From the NCBI GenBank assembly GCA_951406725.2, contig OX597827.1, positions 51,212,001 to 51,276,000 of the forward strand: a DNA stretch of 64,000 nucleotides. Reading direction: 5' to 3'. The notes beneath the pieces were generated by a model. The model was not told the origin of the DNA. It was given only the letters and a program-made list of their open reading frames with translations, and searched no databases. Below are positions 52,950-64,000 of this stretch, one piece after another (the stretch's first letter is position 1; the number at the start of each line of letters is the position of its first letter). The DNA comes from Octopus vulgaris. Taxonomy: Eukaryota. The position numbers and the translations under genes are program-made.

Positions 52950-54151
52950 ATCAACAAATTGCATATATTTCTTTTGTCAATACCAAGCATCTGAGAAAAT
53001 GTTAATGAAATACTAAAAATGCATAAATTGAACATCCAGTTCATCTACTGAATTAATGAAAAAAAAAAAATGCTTTCAATATTTTTATTTATCTTTGGTT
53101 TATTAAAATTTTGCTTTTACATCCTCCATTTTCCTATCTAAAATGGGTTGGATGACAACATCATAAATTAAAAATATAAATAAAAAGAATACTTGTAGAA
53201 AAGAAAATTCATAAAATAAACAGATTTCAAAATGTTCACATTGTTGAAACTTATCTTTATTCAATAATTATTTTAATATTTTTCTTAATTATTAAACATT
53301 TACAAATCTAAAAAAATACTTCTAATTTGCATAGTCCATCAAGTGTACTATCACACTCGATAGTCATGTCACAAGGTTTGGAACTGATAAGAATCAACAT
53401 TGGTACAACAGCCTGGTTAGCTTTCTTTAGAATGATGGCTACCTTGAGAAGGATAGCTCTGATGTAAAACTAAAAATATTTTTTTGGTTTGTTAAAAATA
53501 TGTCCCATTGTAAGCTGATATGATTGAACTGGCCACATTTGAAACATACAAGATAAGAGGACAAGTACTGATGGTCTTATTTCTGTATAATTTTCATATC
53601 TTTGGTGCAAGTAGATTAATCCTTCAACTGTTCTAACTTCCAGTGACAACCAATACCCATTTAAACAGACTGAGAGTCAAAAAGCCTTAATTCAATAGGT
53701 CAAGATTTATTAATGTATAGTATGGTTTTCTACGAATTTCAGATTGTAAAAAGGCTGTATCAATAAATATTGCATATATGTCAAATGTGAAAATATATTT
53801 CATAAATCATAAAATCAATAATAGTTATCATCAGATTAAAATTTTGTTTAGATTTTTTTTTTTTTATAATCTTAGTATTTGCACAATATCAAGAAATAAA
53901 AACAAAATAAAGTTATTTAGCTTCAAAACTTTGAAGGGCTTATTTTTCTCTAAAGAGAAAATCTTTTCAAAAAAAAAAAAAAAAAAAAAATCAGAAAGCG
54001 AGTGGATAATTTATGAGTAATTGTCTACATAAATTGATAAAATAAAACCATCAAAACCTCAATAGAGACCAGTGACATGAAGTCTTAAAAAAATAAAAGT
54101 GAAGATATCCACAATTTTGTGGTGAGATTTTATTCGATAATTTTCTGCTGA

Positions 54152-56416
54152 CTAGTTTGGACGAGAATCCTTAATTTTGTTTAAGGGTTGCATTCTAAGT
54201 ATAGATGATTGTGCAGATAACCTGTGAAGTTCTTCAACCATGCGATTAGTCGCTGCTGAAGTTTGTGGAGGCATTCTGTTAAAGTCTTCTGCTGCTTGGC
54301 AAACGCTTGATGGGGTAAACCTATGAGGTGTCTCTGTCATACGCCTAGAAGACTGAGAATGCTTCATATGTTCTAGTGTAGGCATGTGTACACTGGAGGC
54401 AGGTGGTGAAGATAAAGGTGTAATTGTTGATGAATTGGATAGTGAAGATAGCTTTTGCAATTCTTCAACAGTTCGTGCAGCTGAAGCACTTGCTGAAGAT
54501 AATGAAGATAACTGTTGCAATTCTTCAACTGTACGTGCAGCAACTGAATTGGAAGCAATGTTAGATGAAGAAAGAGTAGATGGTGGCTGCCACGTTAATT
54601 GGGTATCTCTTGGTTGCTCCTTTTGTTGTTCTTTCATATTTGAATCAGACAGTGGCATCCTTGAATCAGACAATGGCATCCTTGAATCAGACATTGACAC
54701 CCTTGAATCAGACATCGACATCCTTGAATCAGGCATCGACATCCTTGAATCAGACATTGACACCCTCGAATCAGGCATTGACATCCTTGAATCAGACATC
54801 GACGCCCTCGAATCAGACATTGATGCTCTCGAATCAGGCATTGACATCCTTGAATCAGACATCGATGCCCTTGAATCTGACATTGGTGCCCTTGAATCAG
54901 GCATCGATACCCTTGAATCAGGCATTGACACTCTTGAATCAGGCATTGGCACTCTTGAATCAGGCATTGACACTCTTGAATCAGGCATTGACACCCTTGA
55001 ATCAGACATTGACGCCCTTGAATCAGACATTGACACCCTTGAATCAGACATTGACGCCCTTGAATCAGACATTGACACTCTTGAATCAGACATCGACACC
55101 CTTGAATCAGACATTGACACTCTTGAATCAGCTTGTAGACGTTCAGAACTATCAGTAGAAGCCTGCATCAAGGCACCAGCAGCTGCTGCGGAAAGTCTTT
55201 CGAGCTCTTCTACAGTGTTAGAGGCACTGGACTGACCTACTAGCATTACATAATTTTCTAGAGATGCATGGGTTTTCTGATGGTTTTTCAAGTTGGTCTG
55301 ATGGCTGAAAGCCTTACCACAATGAGTGCAAACAAATGGTTTTTCGCCAGTGTGCGTTCGACGATGGTTTTTCAAATTAGTCATGTGGCCAAAGCCCTTT
55401 CCACAGTGACCACAGATATATGGTTTCAATCCAGTATGAGTCCTCTCATGATTACGTAGATTGGTTAGATGACTAAAACGTTTACCACACATTCCACATA
55501 CAAATGGTCTTTCTCCTGAGTGAACTCTCAGATGATTTTTCAAGTTAGTTTGATGACTAAACGCTTTGGGGCAGACAGGGCATTTATGAGGTTTCTCCCC
55601 TGTATGAGAACGTTCATGGTCACGAAGACGGGCACGCACAGGGAATGCTTTCCAGCAGTAGGTACAATGGAAATGTTTACGTTCTGCTGGAGTTTCTTCA
55701 TGGTGAGATAGATTTGATTGTCGGGAAAACGCCTTGCGACACGTCTCACACTTATATGGTTTGTCTTTGCCTTTCTCTGATGGTGGAGTCAGCATAGAGA
55801 AAGGAAGAATACTTTTATTTGTTAGAGCTGTAGTTGCCATGGGAAGTGTTGCTAGTGGTGTAGCTACTGATGATGTCAAAGCAGTTTTCTTACTCGTAAC
55901 ATTTGAAGGTGCTGTTGTTGTAGTAGTTGTTGTTGTTGCTGCTGCCGCAGTTATTGCTGTTGTAGTTAATATTGGTAAGGGTGTAGTAGAAGATTTCCTG
56001 TTTTGTTGGAAATTCTTCTGTCGACCATTGTTATTTTTTGGCATTAAATGATTAAGGTGTTGATGATGATCAATAGGAGGTAAAAGCTTTTTAGCATTAT
56101 TCCGACAATTATTTGTGGAAGCAGTACAGTTGTTGTTATTGCTGCAGTTGTTGTTGTTATTGCTGCAGTTGTTGTTATTGCTGCAGTTGTTGTTGTTATT
56201 GCTGCAGTTGTTGTTACTGCCATGATTACAAATATCAAAATTCATTTGATGATTAGGTGGCATATTAAGATGATGATGGTGATGATGATGATGGTGTGGT
56301 GTATTCATTTTGAATGGGAAATTGGGAGCATTTAAATAAAAAGGGTGCGAGTTTAAAAATGAACAAGCATCACCATTTTTTTTTGTGTCTTTTTGTTTAT
56401 AAGCAGAAGAACACAT
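54152..56416 (-). CDS. C2H2 zinc-finger protein B (754 aa, six fingers, poly-His/Asn/Thr N-terminus, heptad-repeat C-terminus)
   Basis: Uninterrupted ORF with HTGEKP/HSGERP/HTGLKP linkers. Candidate upstream UTR acceptors at 56496-56495 and 56675-56674. Confidence 0.92.
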   Translation of the reverse strand: MCSSAYKQKDTKKNGDACSFLNSHPFYLNAPNFPFKMNTPHHHHHHHHHLNMPPNHQMNFDICNHGSNNNCSNNNNNCSNNNNCSNNNNNCSNNNNCTASTNNCRNNAKKLLPPIDHHQHLNHLMPKNNNGRQKNFQQNRKSSTTPLPILTTTAITAAAATTTTTTTTAPSNVTSKKTALTSSVATPLATLPMATTALTNKSILPFSMLTPPSEKGKDKPYKCETCRKAFSRQSNLSHHEETPAERKHFHCTYCWKAFPVRARLRDHERSHTGEKPHKCPVCPKAFSHQTNLKNHLRVHSGERPFVCGMCGKRFSHLTNLRNHERTHTGLKPYICGHCGKGFGHMTNLKNHRRTHTGEKPFVCTHCGKAFSHQTNLKNHQKTHASLENYVMLVGQSSASNTVEELERLSAAAAGALMQASTDSSERLQADSRVSMSDSRVSMSDSRVSMSDSRASMSDSRVSMSDSRASMSDSRVSMPDSRVSMPDSRVPMPDSRVSMPDSRVSMPDSRAPMSDSRASMSDSRMSMPDSRASMSDSRASMSDSRMSMPDSRVSMSDSRMSMPDSRMSMSDSRVSMSDSRMPLSDSRMPLSDSNMKEQQKEQPRDTQLTWQPPSTLSSSNIASNSVAARTVEELQQLSSLSSASASAARTVEELQKLSSLSNSSTITPLSSPPASSVHMPTLEHMKHSQSSRRMTETPHRFTPSSVCQAAEDFNRMPPQTSAATNRMVEELHRLSAQSSILRMQPLNKIKDSRPN
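54638..55129 (-). repeat. Coding 21-bp minisatellite, 23 units encoding DSR[VAM][SP][ML][SP]
   Basis: First Asp codon at 55129, terminal DSN Asp codon at 54646: 483 bp = 23 x 21. Confidence 0.95.
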
Positions 56417-56916
56417 GAAGCCAAAACTGTGACTACTGGAACTAGACAGTCATAGAAATGTTTAAATCTTTTCAATTCGTCTTACAAATTCCACCTGCAA
56501 AATATTGACTTTGTATATGATGCTTAACATCCAATTTAACTTCTATTTCAAAGATCAGACATAGGGAAGGAAAGAAGCTTCAGCAACAAAGTTGAATTAA
56601 ACTTGTTTTCAAGTTTGTAAACGCCATGCTGAGACATCACTTGGAATGTTTACTTATTCAGTGTATAACAAACCTGAAAAATTATAGTTAGAAATTATTT
56701 TAACATTTACAAATATAATTTTAGAAAAAAGAAAACGTTTTTGCATAAATATATATTTATTAGAACTGGCTTATCCTACTTAGATTTTGTAACTTGTATT
56801 GATTATATTGTCAACATAGCGAGAAAAGACAACCAACTCTATCAATGAAAGAAACATAGAGAAAGTGAGTAAGTATTAACTACTTAATCACCAAGTGTAT
56901 ACCCTAAACTCTTTAA

Positions 56917-57135
56917 CCCTTTCATTACCAACCCAGCTGAAACTGGCTCTGGCTCTGAGTAGAAATGTCTTGTTTCATAAGTTTTGAATTAAAATCTTCC
57001 ACCAAATCTTAGTCACAATTTATGTTCCTAACACTAACTGAATGATAACTCAGTTATTTTACTAAATATTTTGTTATATTTAAAGTAATTGAAAGAAACA
57101 CAGAACATCTCAAAATAAATACAGTAACAAAGGGG
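56917..57135. mobile_element. piggyBac-like MITE family 1
   Basis: TTAA-CCCTTTC...AAAGGGG-TTAA. Confidence 0.85.
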
Positions 57136-59283
57136 TTAAAGAATTTGAAATAGGTACTGCATATTCAAACCTTACATCTTAGAATTGCAGCCCATGACAA
57201 AGCAAGAATGGTTATAACATAACAGTGCAAATATCATATAATTCCAAATAAGATGACAGCACACCAATTCTCTAGGGGCTTTTTCCAAGCACTTCAAAAG
57301 CTACATTACCCATACAGCAATTGGCCAGAGTTAGAAGCTAAGAAATAGAAAGAACTAAATAACAGAAAGAAATATTTAAGATTGAAAAGGTATGAGGCAA
57401 AACCATATTTTTAGATTATAGCAAAGAGCACACACGAGACAAGTTTTTTAAAGCCAGCCCTTAAAATAAAATTTGAAAAAAATATATATCTACTTACAGA
57501 ATGTCAAATTATATTTTAAAATACCATATATAAATCTATAACTATGCATTGGTCATAAAAACTGGTAAATCTTATGTCAAATATATGTTTATGTCCCCAA
57601 CCCATCAGAAACTAAGAAATTAGATACAAAGACAATTTTCCACTTACAAGACACAACTCCAAGTGATTTACCAAGAAGTTATGCTGTTAACATACAGATG
57701 AAAATATAAACACCCATATAACATATGGAAGAAATTACAAATATCAACTAAAAAGCATCATGAGAGTAAAAGGAGCTTTTGCACTCTGAAAGTTCTCATT
57801 TTGGTCTGTTGTAATTGAGATATAAAAAAAAATTTGACAAACTTTCTTGCTACTTTTCAGTATGTCACTAAACTGCCCATTTTGCAACGAATATTTTTTT
57901 CACTGCTTTCGCAGATTTCCATGACTATGTTGCCACCCAATTCCACTATTATGAATATGAATTGAGAGCCTGAGTTATAGTGAATCTTTCATTAGCCAAT
58001 TACACAACCACGGATGCAACCCCCATGGATGTGTTACAGTTACTCTCTCGATATAGCTTGGTGATTCTGACCATTGCTTTTCTAAGATTCCTCCACTCAG
58101 CATCAATGTAAGAAGCATCATTGGCTCAGTTAGCTCTTCTGCTACCTCTTCACAATCAGCCATGCTGCAGTTTCCATGACTTCACCATATCCCTGGCAGG
58201 GTGGCTAAACTGGTGCTATGTGTTGCCAAAGGACAGCCTGTAACTATGCAGTGCACAGTCGTCATTCCATGAGATATTTTCAAAATACCAACAGCCACTA
58301 TACTTTATCAGAAATACAACAAACTCCATTCTAGATTCACTTTCTCTACTTTCCTCTTATCACCATTACCACAAATGATTCACATCACTAGGTATAACCA
58401 AAGCTCTAAAAATGATTGTGTCTAGTTGACATTTCAACTTATTCTTGTAAATTGTGTAATTCCAAGTAGACTTGTCCTAATCATTGCTTTTAAACACACC
58501 CCAAACAATTATGCTAATTTCATAACTATCACATAAATATTTCTAAGTAACCCACTGTTTTTTTCACTTTGAATCTTTTACTTTCCACAGTGCTCAATCA
58601 TTCCATGAATTTCTACTCTTCAAATCTAAAAGACTTTCAATTCTAATTCATACAAAAATCTTTTTTCGATGTCACTCAGTTATAAGCTCCATCTGTTCCT
58701 GATTATTTGGATTGAAAAACACATCACAACAGTATTTATTGAAAGAACACACAAGTCCTTACTCCATATACTTGGACAACTATATATCTCATTCACTAAT
58801 AATCTATTTAATATCATCTCTGAACTAGCTTAAATGATATTTTATAAATGTGGATAAACATATCTGGCATGCCTGCACTGAGTGATAGAGTGAAAAGAAC
58901 GTGTGAAACAGATTTAAAGTACAGAGAACTAAGATTTAAAAGAATCAACAAAACGTGAACTCTTAACTAAAGGAAGATTACAAAAACATTATGGAAAAGA
59001 CAGAAAGGCTTTGAGCTCCAAAGAATATTTTGTAACACTCAGTAAATAAAAATATACTAATTACAATTCTAACCCAACTCCCAGTCTGAGAAACATCAAC
59101 ATTTTAACAACTGTTTTTCATAACAGAGTAAATTGAATGGATCTGCAGGATAGCAATCTGATACACACACCTCACTGTGTGTGTATCAAACTTTTTCCCC
59201 CTGTACCATTCTTTTTTATTGTTATGATGTTTCTGTGTATGATATTTTACTAATGTACATCATCTATACATGTTACACATTTA

Positions 59284-59449
59284 TGTAAAAGCACCCACCA
59301 CACTCTCGGAGTGGTTGGCGTTAGGAAGGGCATCCAGTCGAAGAAACATTGCCAAATCAGACTGGGCTTGGTGCAGCCTTCTGGCTTCCCAGACCCCAGT
59401 TGAACCGTCCAATCCATGCTAGCATGGAAAGCGGACGCTAAAAGATGAT
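59284..59449 (+). mobile_element. SINE family A, 5'-truncated
   Basis: Match to family A. Confidence 0.85.
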
Positions 59450-59717
59450 ACAAGTCTCTCTTTTGCAAACATCAACAAATATTTTTTAGTCCTTCACTAC
59501 ACTCTCAATCTGTTTGAACTCTGCCTTTTATCCAATGGATATCGCACACCTCTCTCTTCTGCAAATCACTTACATTTGATTCTCATGTCTCATTATTGTG
59601 CAATATCATATAATCCTATGCACAAATCACAGTTTGCTTTTTGCAAAGAGAGAAAATCTTGCACTTTTCTAGCTACCATATTTTATTTACAACCCTATCA
59701 TTATTTATAATACTTAA

Positions 59718-60330
59718 CCCATTAGCATTTAAACCAGTCATATCCAGCCAAAATATTCTAACTGGCTGGTGGCATGTAAAAAAGCACCATCCGATCGTGG
59801 CCGTTGCCAGCCTCACCTGGCCCCCATGCCGGTGGCATGTAAAAAGCACAATCCAATCGTGGCCGTTGCCAGCCCCGCCTGGCCCCCGTGCCGGTGGCAC
59901 GTAAAAAATCACCATCCGACCGTGGCTGTTTGCCAGCCCCGTCTGGCACCTGTGCCAGTGGTACGTAAAAAGCACCCACTACACTCATGGAGTGGTTGGC
60001 GTTAGGAAGGGCATCCAGCCATAGAAACAATGCCAGATCAGACTGGGCCTGGTGCAACCTTCTGGCTTCCTGGACCCCAGTTGAACCGTCCAACCTATGC
60101 TAGCATGGAAAATGGACGTTAAGTGATGATGATATCCAGCCAAAATATTCTAACTTGTTTTATGCTGAAACTGGCCAGATCCAGCCTCTCACACCAACCC
60201 TACAATGTTATTCTAAAATTAAACAACTACACCTTCAAAATCTCGAAACTATGAGATAATGCATAGTTAATTCAAAACAATATGAATAAATAGGCATTAC
60301 AACTGATAGAGAAATTTAAATGCTAGAGGG
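59718..60330. mobile_element. piggyBac-like MITE family 2 with nested SINE A (59764-60131)
   Basis: TTAA-CCCATTAGCATTTAAACC...AAATGCTAGAGGG. The SINE is flanked by a 24-bp duplication at 59740-59763 and 60132-60155. Confidence 0.82.
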
Positions 60331-60707
60331 TCAAAGTAATTCAAAGGCTGTTCATTTATAGCATCTGAGATACTGACTGTATTAGCCAGCCAGAGATTTC
60401 ACCACGCATATTAAGTAAAAATTAGTTGCAATGTGTACATAGTTTCAAGCGTTTACTTATTGACTTCCTACAAATTTAGCAAGCCAGCTCCCAGATAGCA
60501 CTGATATTGTATACTCACTTTTGCTATCTAGTACTTTGGTCTATGTCATGTTAATGCCATCAGGCCTTTGAAATCTAGACCATGCTTTCAGGTGTGAAAC
60601 TTCTTTTTGCAACTCTCACAAATTTTGCAATGAGAACTAGAATAAAAGTTCTCAGGGATAACCAGTCATGAAGTCATGACAAAACTTCAAGAGCTGTAAC
60701 AAATATA

Positions 60708-60920
60708 CTTTTCTACTGTAGGCACAAGGCCTGAAATTTTGGAGGAGGGGACCAGTTGATCAGATCGATCCCAGTTCACAACTGGTACTTAATTTATCGA
60801 CCCCGAAAGGATGAAAGGCAAAGCTGACCACGGCGGAATTTGAACTCAGAACGTAAAGACAGACAAAATACTGCTTAGCATTTCACCAGGTGTGCTAATG
60901 TTTCTGCCAGCTTGCTGCCT
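60708..60920 (-). mobile_element. SINE family C variant
   Basis: Family C head and body. Flanked by AGAGCTGTAA(C/T)AAATATA direct repeats. Confidence 0.85.
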
Positions 60921-62289
60921 TAGAGCTGTAATAAATATAAAGAGACTGAAGACAATGCCATTATCACTTCAATCAATTTTCAACAGAAATACCGTGGCTC
61001 AACAGTCTGGCAAAAACTGAAACTACACCTTAGTATTACTAATACTAAGCATGTAATTTGCATATGACCCACATATCACGATGCTCCCAATATCAATAAC
61101 AAGTACTTGAAAGTATTTAAACACCATAATCAAAGGCCCACAATCAAAATTACTCTTTTAAGAACATTTGAATAGGGTTATTTTTTCTTTTGCTATTTTG
61201 TCTGAGATATGTTTTTCATGCCCTCCTACACACTTGAAGATTGACATAGTTGATATTAGGTTTGAACTTCTATAGACTAATGTTTGTTGGGGATTCTAGA
61301 GGACTGCTACAATGAAGATTGACAGGAAGTATTTAACATAGGATTTGGAGGATGAGACATAACAGAGATGTTGCAAAGAGGAGAGATGGGTGCACTAAAT
61401 GGACTTGTTCAGAAGAGTAGGGAGTTACTATAGTAGTAGAATTAATAAAAGAAAGGTCATATCTGTGGGTGAATGACAGTAGCACTTCAGAGTGAATTTG
61501 TACCAATCAACTGGATGGTCATTTTTGGACACAGCCTAGAATATTTGTAGCTGTAGCAGCTGTACTGTCAAGGATATGAAAGTATCACTTTTATGTGAGT
61601 CACACTTGAGCTTTATAGTGTCATCAAATGATCAGACCTCAAATACTTGAGATTGAAAACAAAGCCTAGATTTTGGATGCAGTTTTGACAATATTACAGA
61701 TGCATTATGGCTATGAGAATTTGAGCAGCCAAGACAAAAGGTAGAGTACTTGATGCAGGCACAAAAAAAAAAAAAAAAAAAAATTGAAATCACATATGGC
61801 TAGGATCCAGAAGTTCATTTTGTAATAACGTTGTGGATGTGATCTCATTGCACAGTGCCTTAATTGTCATCACTCACAGCTTAAGCTTGACAAATACTTT
61901 GTAATATGAAAACTTTGCAGAAGCCTGTTGTGTATATCTATCTATCTATCTTACACTGATATAGATCAAGCTAGAAAGACAAAAATTAGGTGTTCTTTGA
62001 AAGAAGTCTTTTGTGATATTATTCTTGTCACTATCAATCAGTGACTGACATGTTGAAAACCAATGACACCCATGTTCACCAGATGAGATACAAAATAAAA
62101 AAAATTCATTTGGTGACAAACAAAACTTTGAAATAACTAGAAAGTATCAAATATGATTCTCAGAGCAAGTAACCAAGGAAAACAATCTTGCTGGTAACTG
62201 CTCTTGATTGTCTAGACTGGAAAAAATATTGGACTTTTCTTGGTTACTTGTTCTGAGAATCATATTTGATACTTACTACTGTTCCAGAC

Positions 62290-62874
62290 AAGGTCATTCG
62301 GAATGCTCACAGCAGCCATATTCCTACCGCTCTATGTCACACTGGTGAGACCCATATTGGAGTACAGGATTCAAGCCTCTTCTCCTTATCTCCTCAAAGA
62401 CATACATCATCTCGAAAGAGTCCAGAAGCTGGCTACCCGCATGGTTCTTGGTCTCAAGCATTTGTCTCATGAAGAAAGGCTGAAGACGCTCGACCTTTAT
62501 TCTCTAGAAAAACGCTGCCGCCGTGGTGATCTCATTCTTGCTCACATCATAAGCGGAAAGTGTAACCTCTCAAAAGAGTTGTTCTTCACTCCAGCTCCAG
62601 AGCGTAGGCTGCGGGGTCACTCCGAGAAGCTCTATCTGCGATGATTTCATCTCAATCGAAGGAGAGGGGCTTTCTCCATCCAGGTTGCAGATCGGTGGAA
62701 TAAGCTGCCGGATGAGATAGTGAAGATGCTGACGACCGCTCGATTCAAAGTCTCTCTTGACCAGAAATGGCCTGAACTCTTTGCATGAACACCCCTGTAC
62801 ATAACTCCATGTCCCCCTACATGGCCTTGCGTTTTTGCTTTTTGAGCCACAAAATTAACTTAACTTAACTTAAC
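62290..62874 (+). mobile_element. 5'-truncated CR1-clade LINE 3' end
   Basis: LPLYVTLVRPILEY...LERVQKLATRMVLGLKHLSHEERLKTLDLYSLEKRCRRGDLI...RLRGHSEKL, (TTAAC)n tail, TTCCAGAC on both flanks. Confidence 0.88.
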
Positions 62875-62899
62875 TATTTCCAGACCAATGATTACACAA

Positions 62900-63260
62900 A
62901 GTCGTTTATGAAGTAAGAACACTTCCCAGGAAAAAAACTGACATACTGCTTTACTCCCTGCACATGACTTTCCTGCAGTTGTCACCTTGCAACAGTCTAG
63001 GCTGCAGTTAACAACATCAATATCACCAGTCTCCAAAAACCTGACCCGGAGAAAAGGCCAAGAGTACAGCCAGCTCCTTTCTCCAAATGAAACTAATAAG
63101 GAATTTGAGACTGGATCTAAAGCCAATAAGTTAGACAAATTTATCTTATTCTGGAGATTTATCGACCCCATACCATCATGTACATGAATTCCTTCGGATA
63201 GTGATTCTTATTCCATTGATATGCAGATTCTTCACTGGCTGCCTCATTCTTCTTTTCAAT
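62900..63260 (-). pseudogene. Possible Tc1-like transposase remnant
   Basis: Minus strand HYPKEFMYMMVWG and FWRKEL...FSPG resemble Tc1 'VMVWG' and 'FWxKxxWPPxSPD'. Confidence 0.35.
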
Positions 63261-63693
63261 CACATTATCTGTAACTAACAGTAAGTACATCATTGAGACA
63301 ATAATATTTTCTAATACAACAAAATGTATTTCTAATGGGATGTCACCAACATTACTTCGGGATGCAGTGAGATTTACAATACTAACCCATAACTGGCTTA
63401 AGAATACTGACGAAAGTTATAAAGTAAAATTATTTAGAAGTTTCCACAGTTTAAGACATATGAATGAGGTGGGATGTCATCGTTAAAAAAAGTGTTAGGA
63501 AACAAACTACCCAGCTGAGCCTGTTACATGTGTGCTTATTTCTGAGACAAACTGTTTAAAAACAAAAACAAATATACAAAACAACAACAAAAAAAAATCA
63601 CTAGTATCAGTTTCAGTATGGTTGACAACTGTAACAAAGTGAGCTTCCATGTGACTTATAACAATAAACTAGAAACAAAGCCAAAACGCAGTC

Positions 63694-63706
63694 TGACGTC
63701 ACTTCC
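63694..63706. promoter_or_regulatory. Overlapping CRE-ETS motif in a CpG-retaining, repeat-free segment
   Basis: TGACGTCACTTCC = GGAAGTGACGTCA on the minus strand. Confidence 0.45.
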
Positions 63707-64000
63707 TATTAGCTTGACAACTGTTACAAACTTATAATCGATTTAGAAACGGATCGTGTTGAAAATAAACGACGATCAATCATTCCTTTTTTTTTTTTTG
63801 CTGGCTAGAAAGACATGTTCGAAGGTAAAATAAGTTAACGCAAAGTTTACTAAAAAAAAATCAATGTAATCAGTTCTGTCACTCGTCACCTAACTTGGAA
63901 AGGGAGCTAAGTAATAAGCCATAAACTGAATCGATCAATTATTATAGCAGATAAAAATATAAAAAGTGACTAATAACAAGAATAAGACGAGGGATCCGCT

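Noticed and set aside
54638-55129. Resemblance of the Met/Asp heptad to cephalopod reflectin motifs, or of the array to CRISPR
   Set aside because: It lacks the adjacent MD and the aromatic/Gly residues of reflectin. Units are contiguous with no unique spacers, and the context is eukaryotic.
54384-55235. Plus-strand ORFs of 283 aa (ESDIDTL)n and 192 aa (NQTLTPL)n
   Set aside because: Antisense shadows of the 21-bp coding repeat; a stop-free unit keeps these frames open.

Overview
Eukaryotic, AT-rich, repeat-dense genomic DNA. The SINE families, (TA)n/(CA)n tracts and C2H2 zinc-finger genes point to a coleoid cephalopod, most likely Octopus (inference). There are three protein-coding genes. 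(1) The large last exon of a divergent FEM1-like ankyrin/VHL-box protein (+, 38-1662). (2) A C2H2 zinc-finger gene with two coding exons (-, 22623-21951 joined to 18751-17880). (3) A paralogous six-finger C2H2 gene with an uninterrupted CDS and a 23x heptad coding minisatellite (-, 56416-54152). The rest is mostly transposon debris: four SINE families, RTE/CR1/Tx1 LINE fragments, several Penelope-like GIY-YIG/RT fragments, mariner/pogo/Tc1 remnants, hAT, piggyBac-like and Merlin-like MITEs, Helitrons and an LTR-like insert. The most interesting non-obvious signals are RNA-level. One is a 350-nt highly self-complementary unit with a hammerhead-ribozyme core, a 42-nt terminal redundancy and a 12-bp target-site duplication (4378-4793), the expected footprint of a retrozyme circular RNA. 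The other is a 223-bp palindrome carrying two oppositely oriented minimal hammerheads with a non-canonical CCGAYGA core (32871-33093). No CRISPR array, rRNA or bona fide tRNA gene was seen. Boundaries of decayed elements are approximate and were set by eye.
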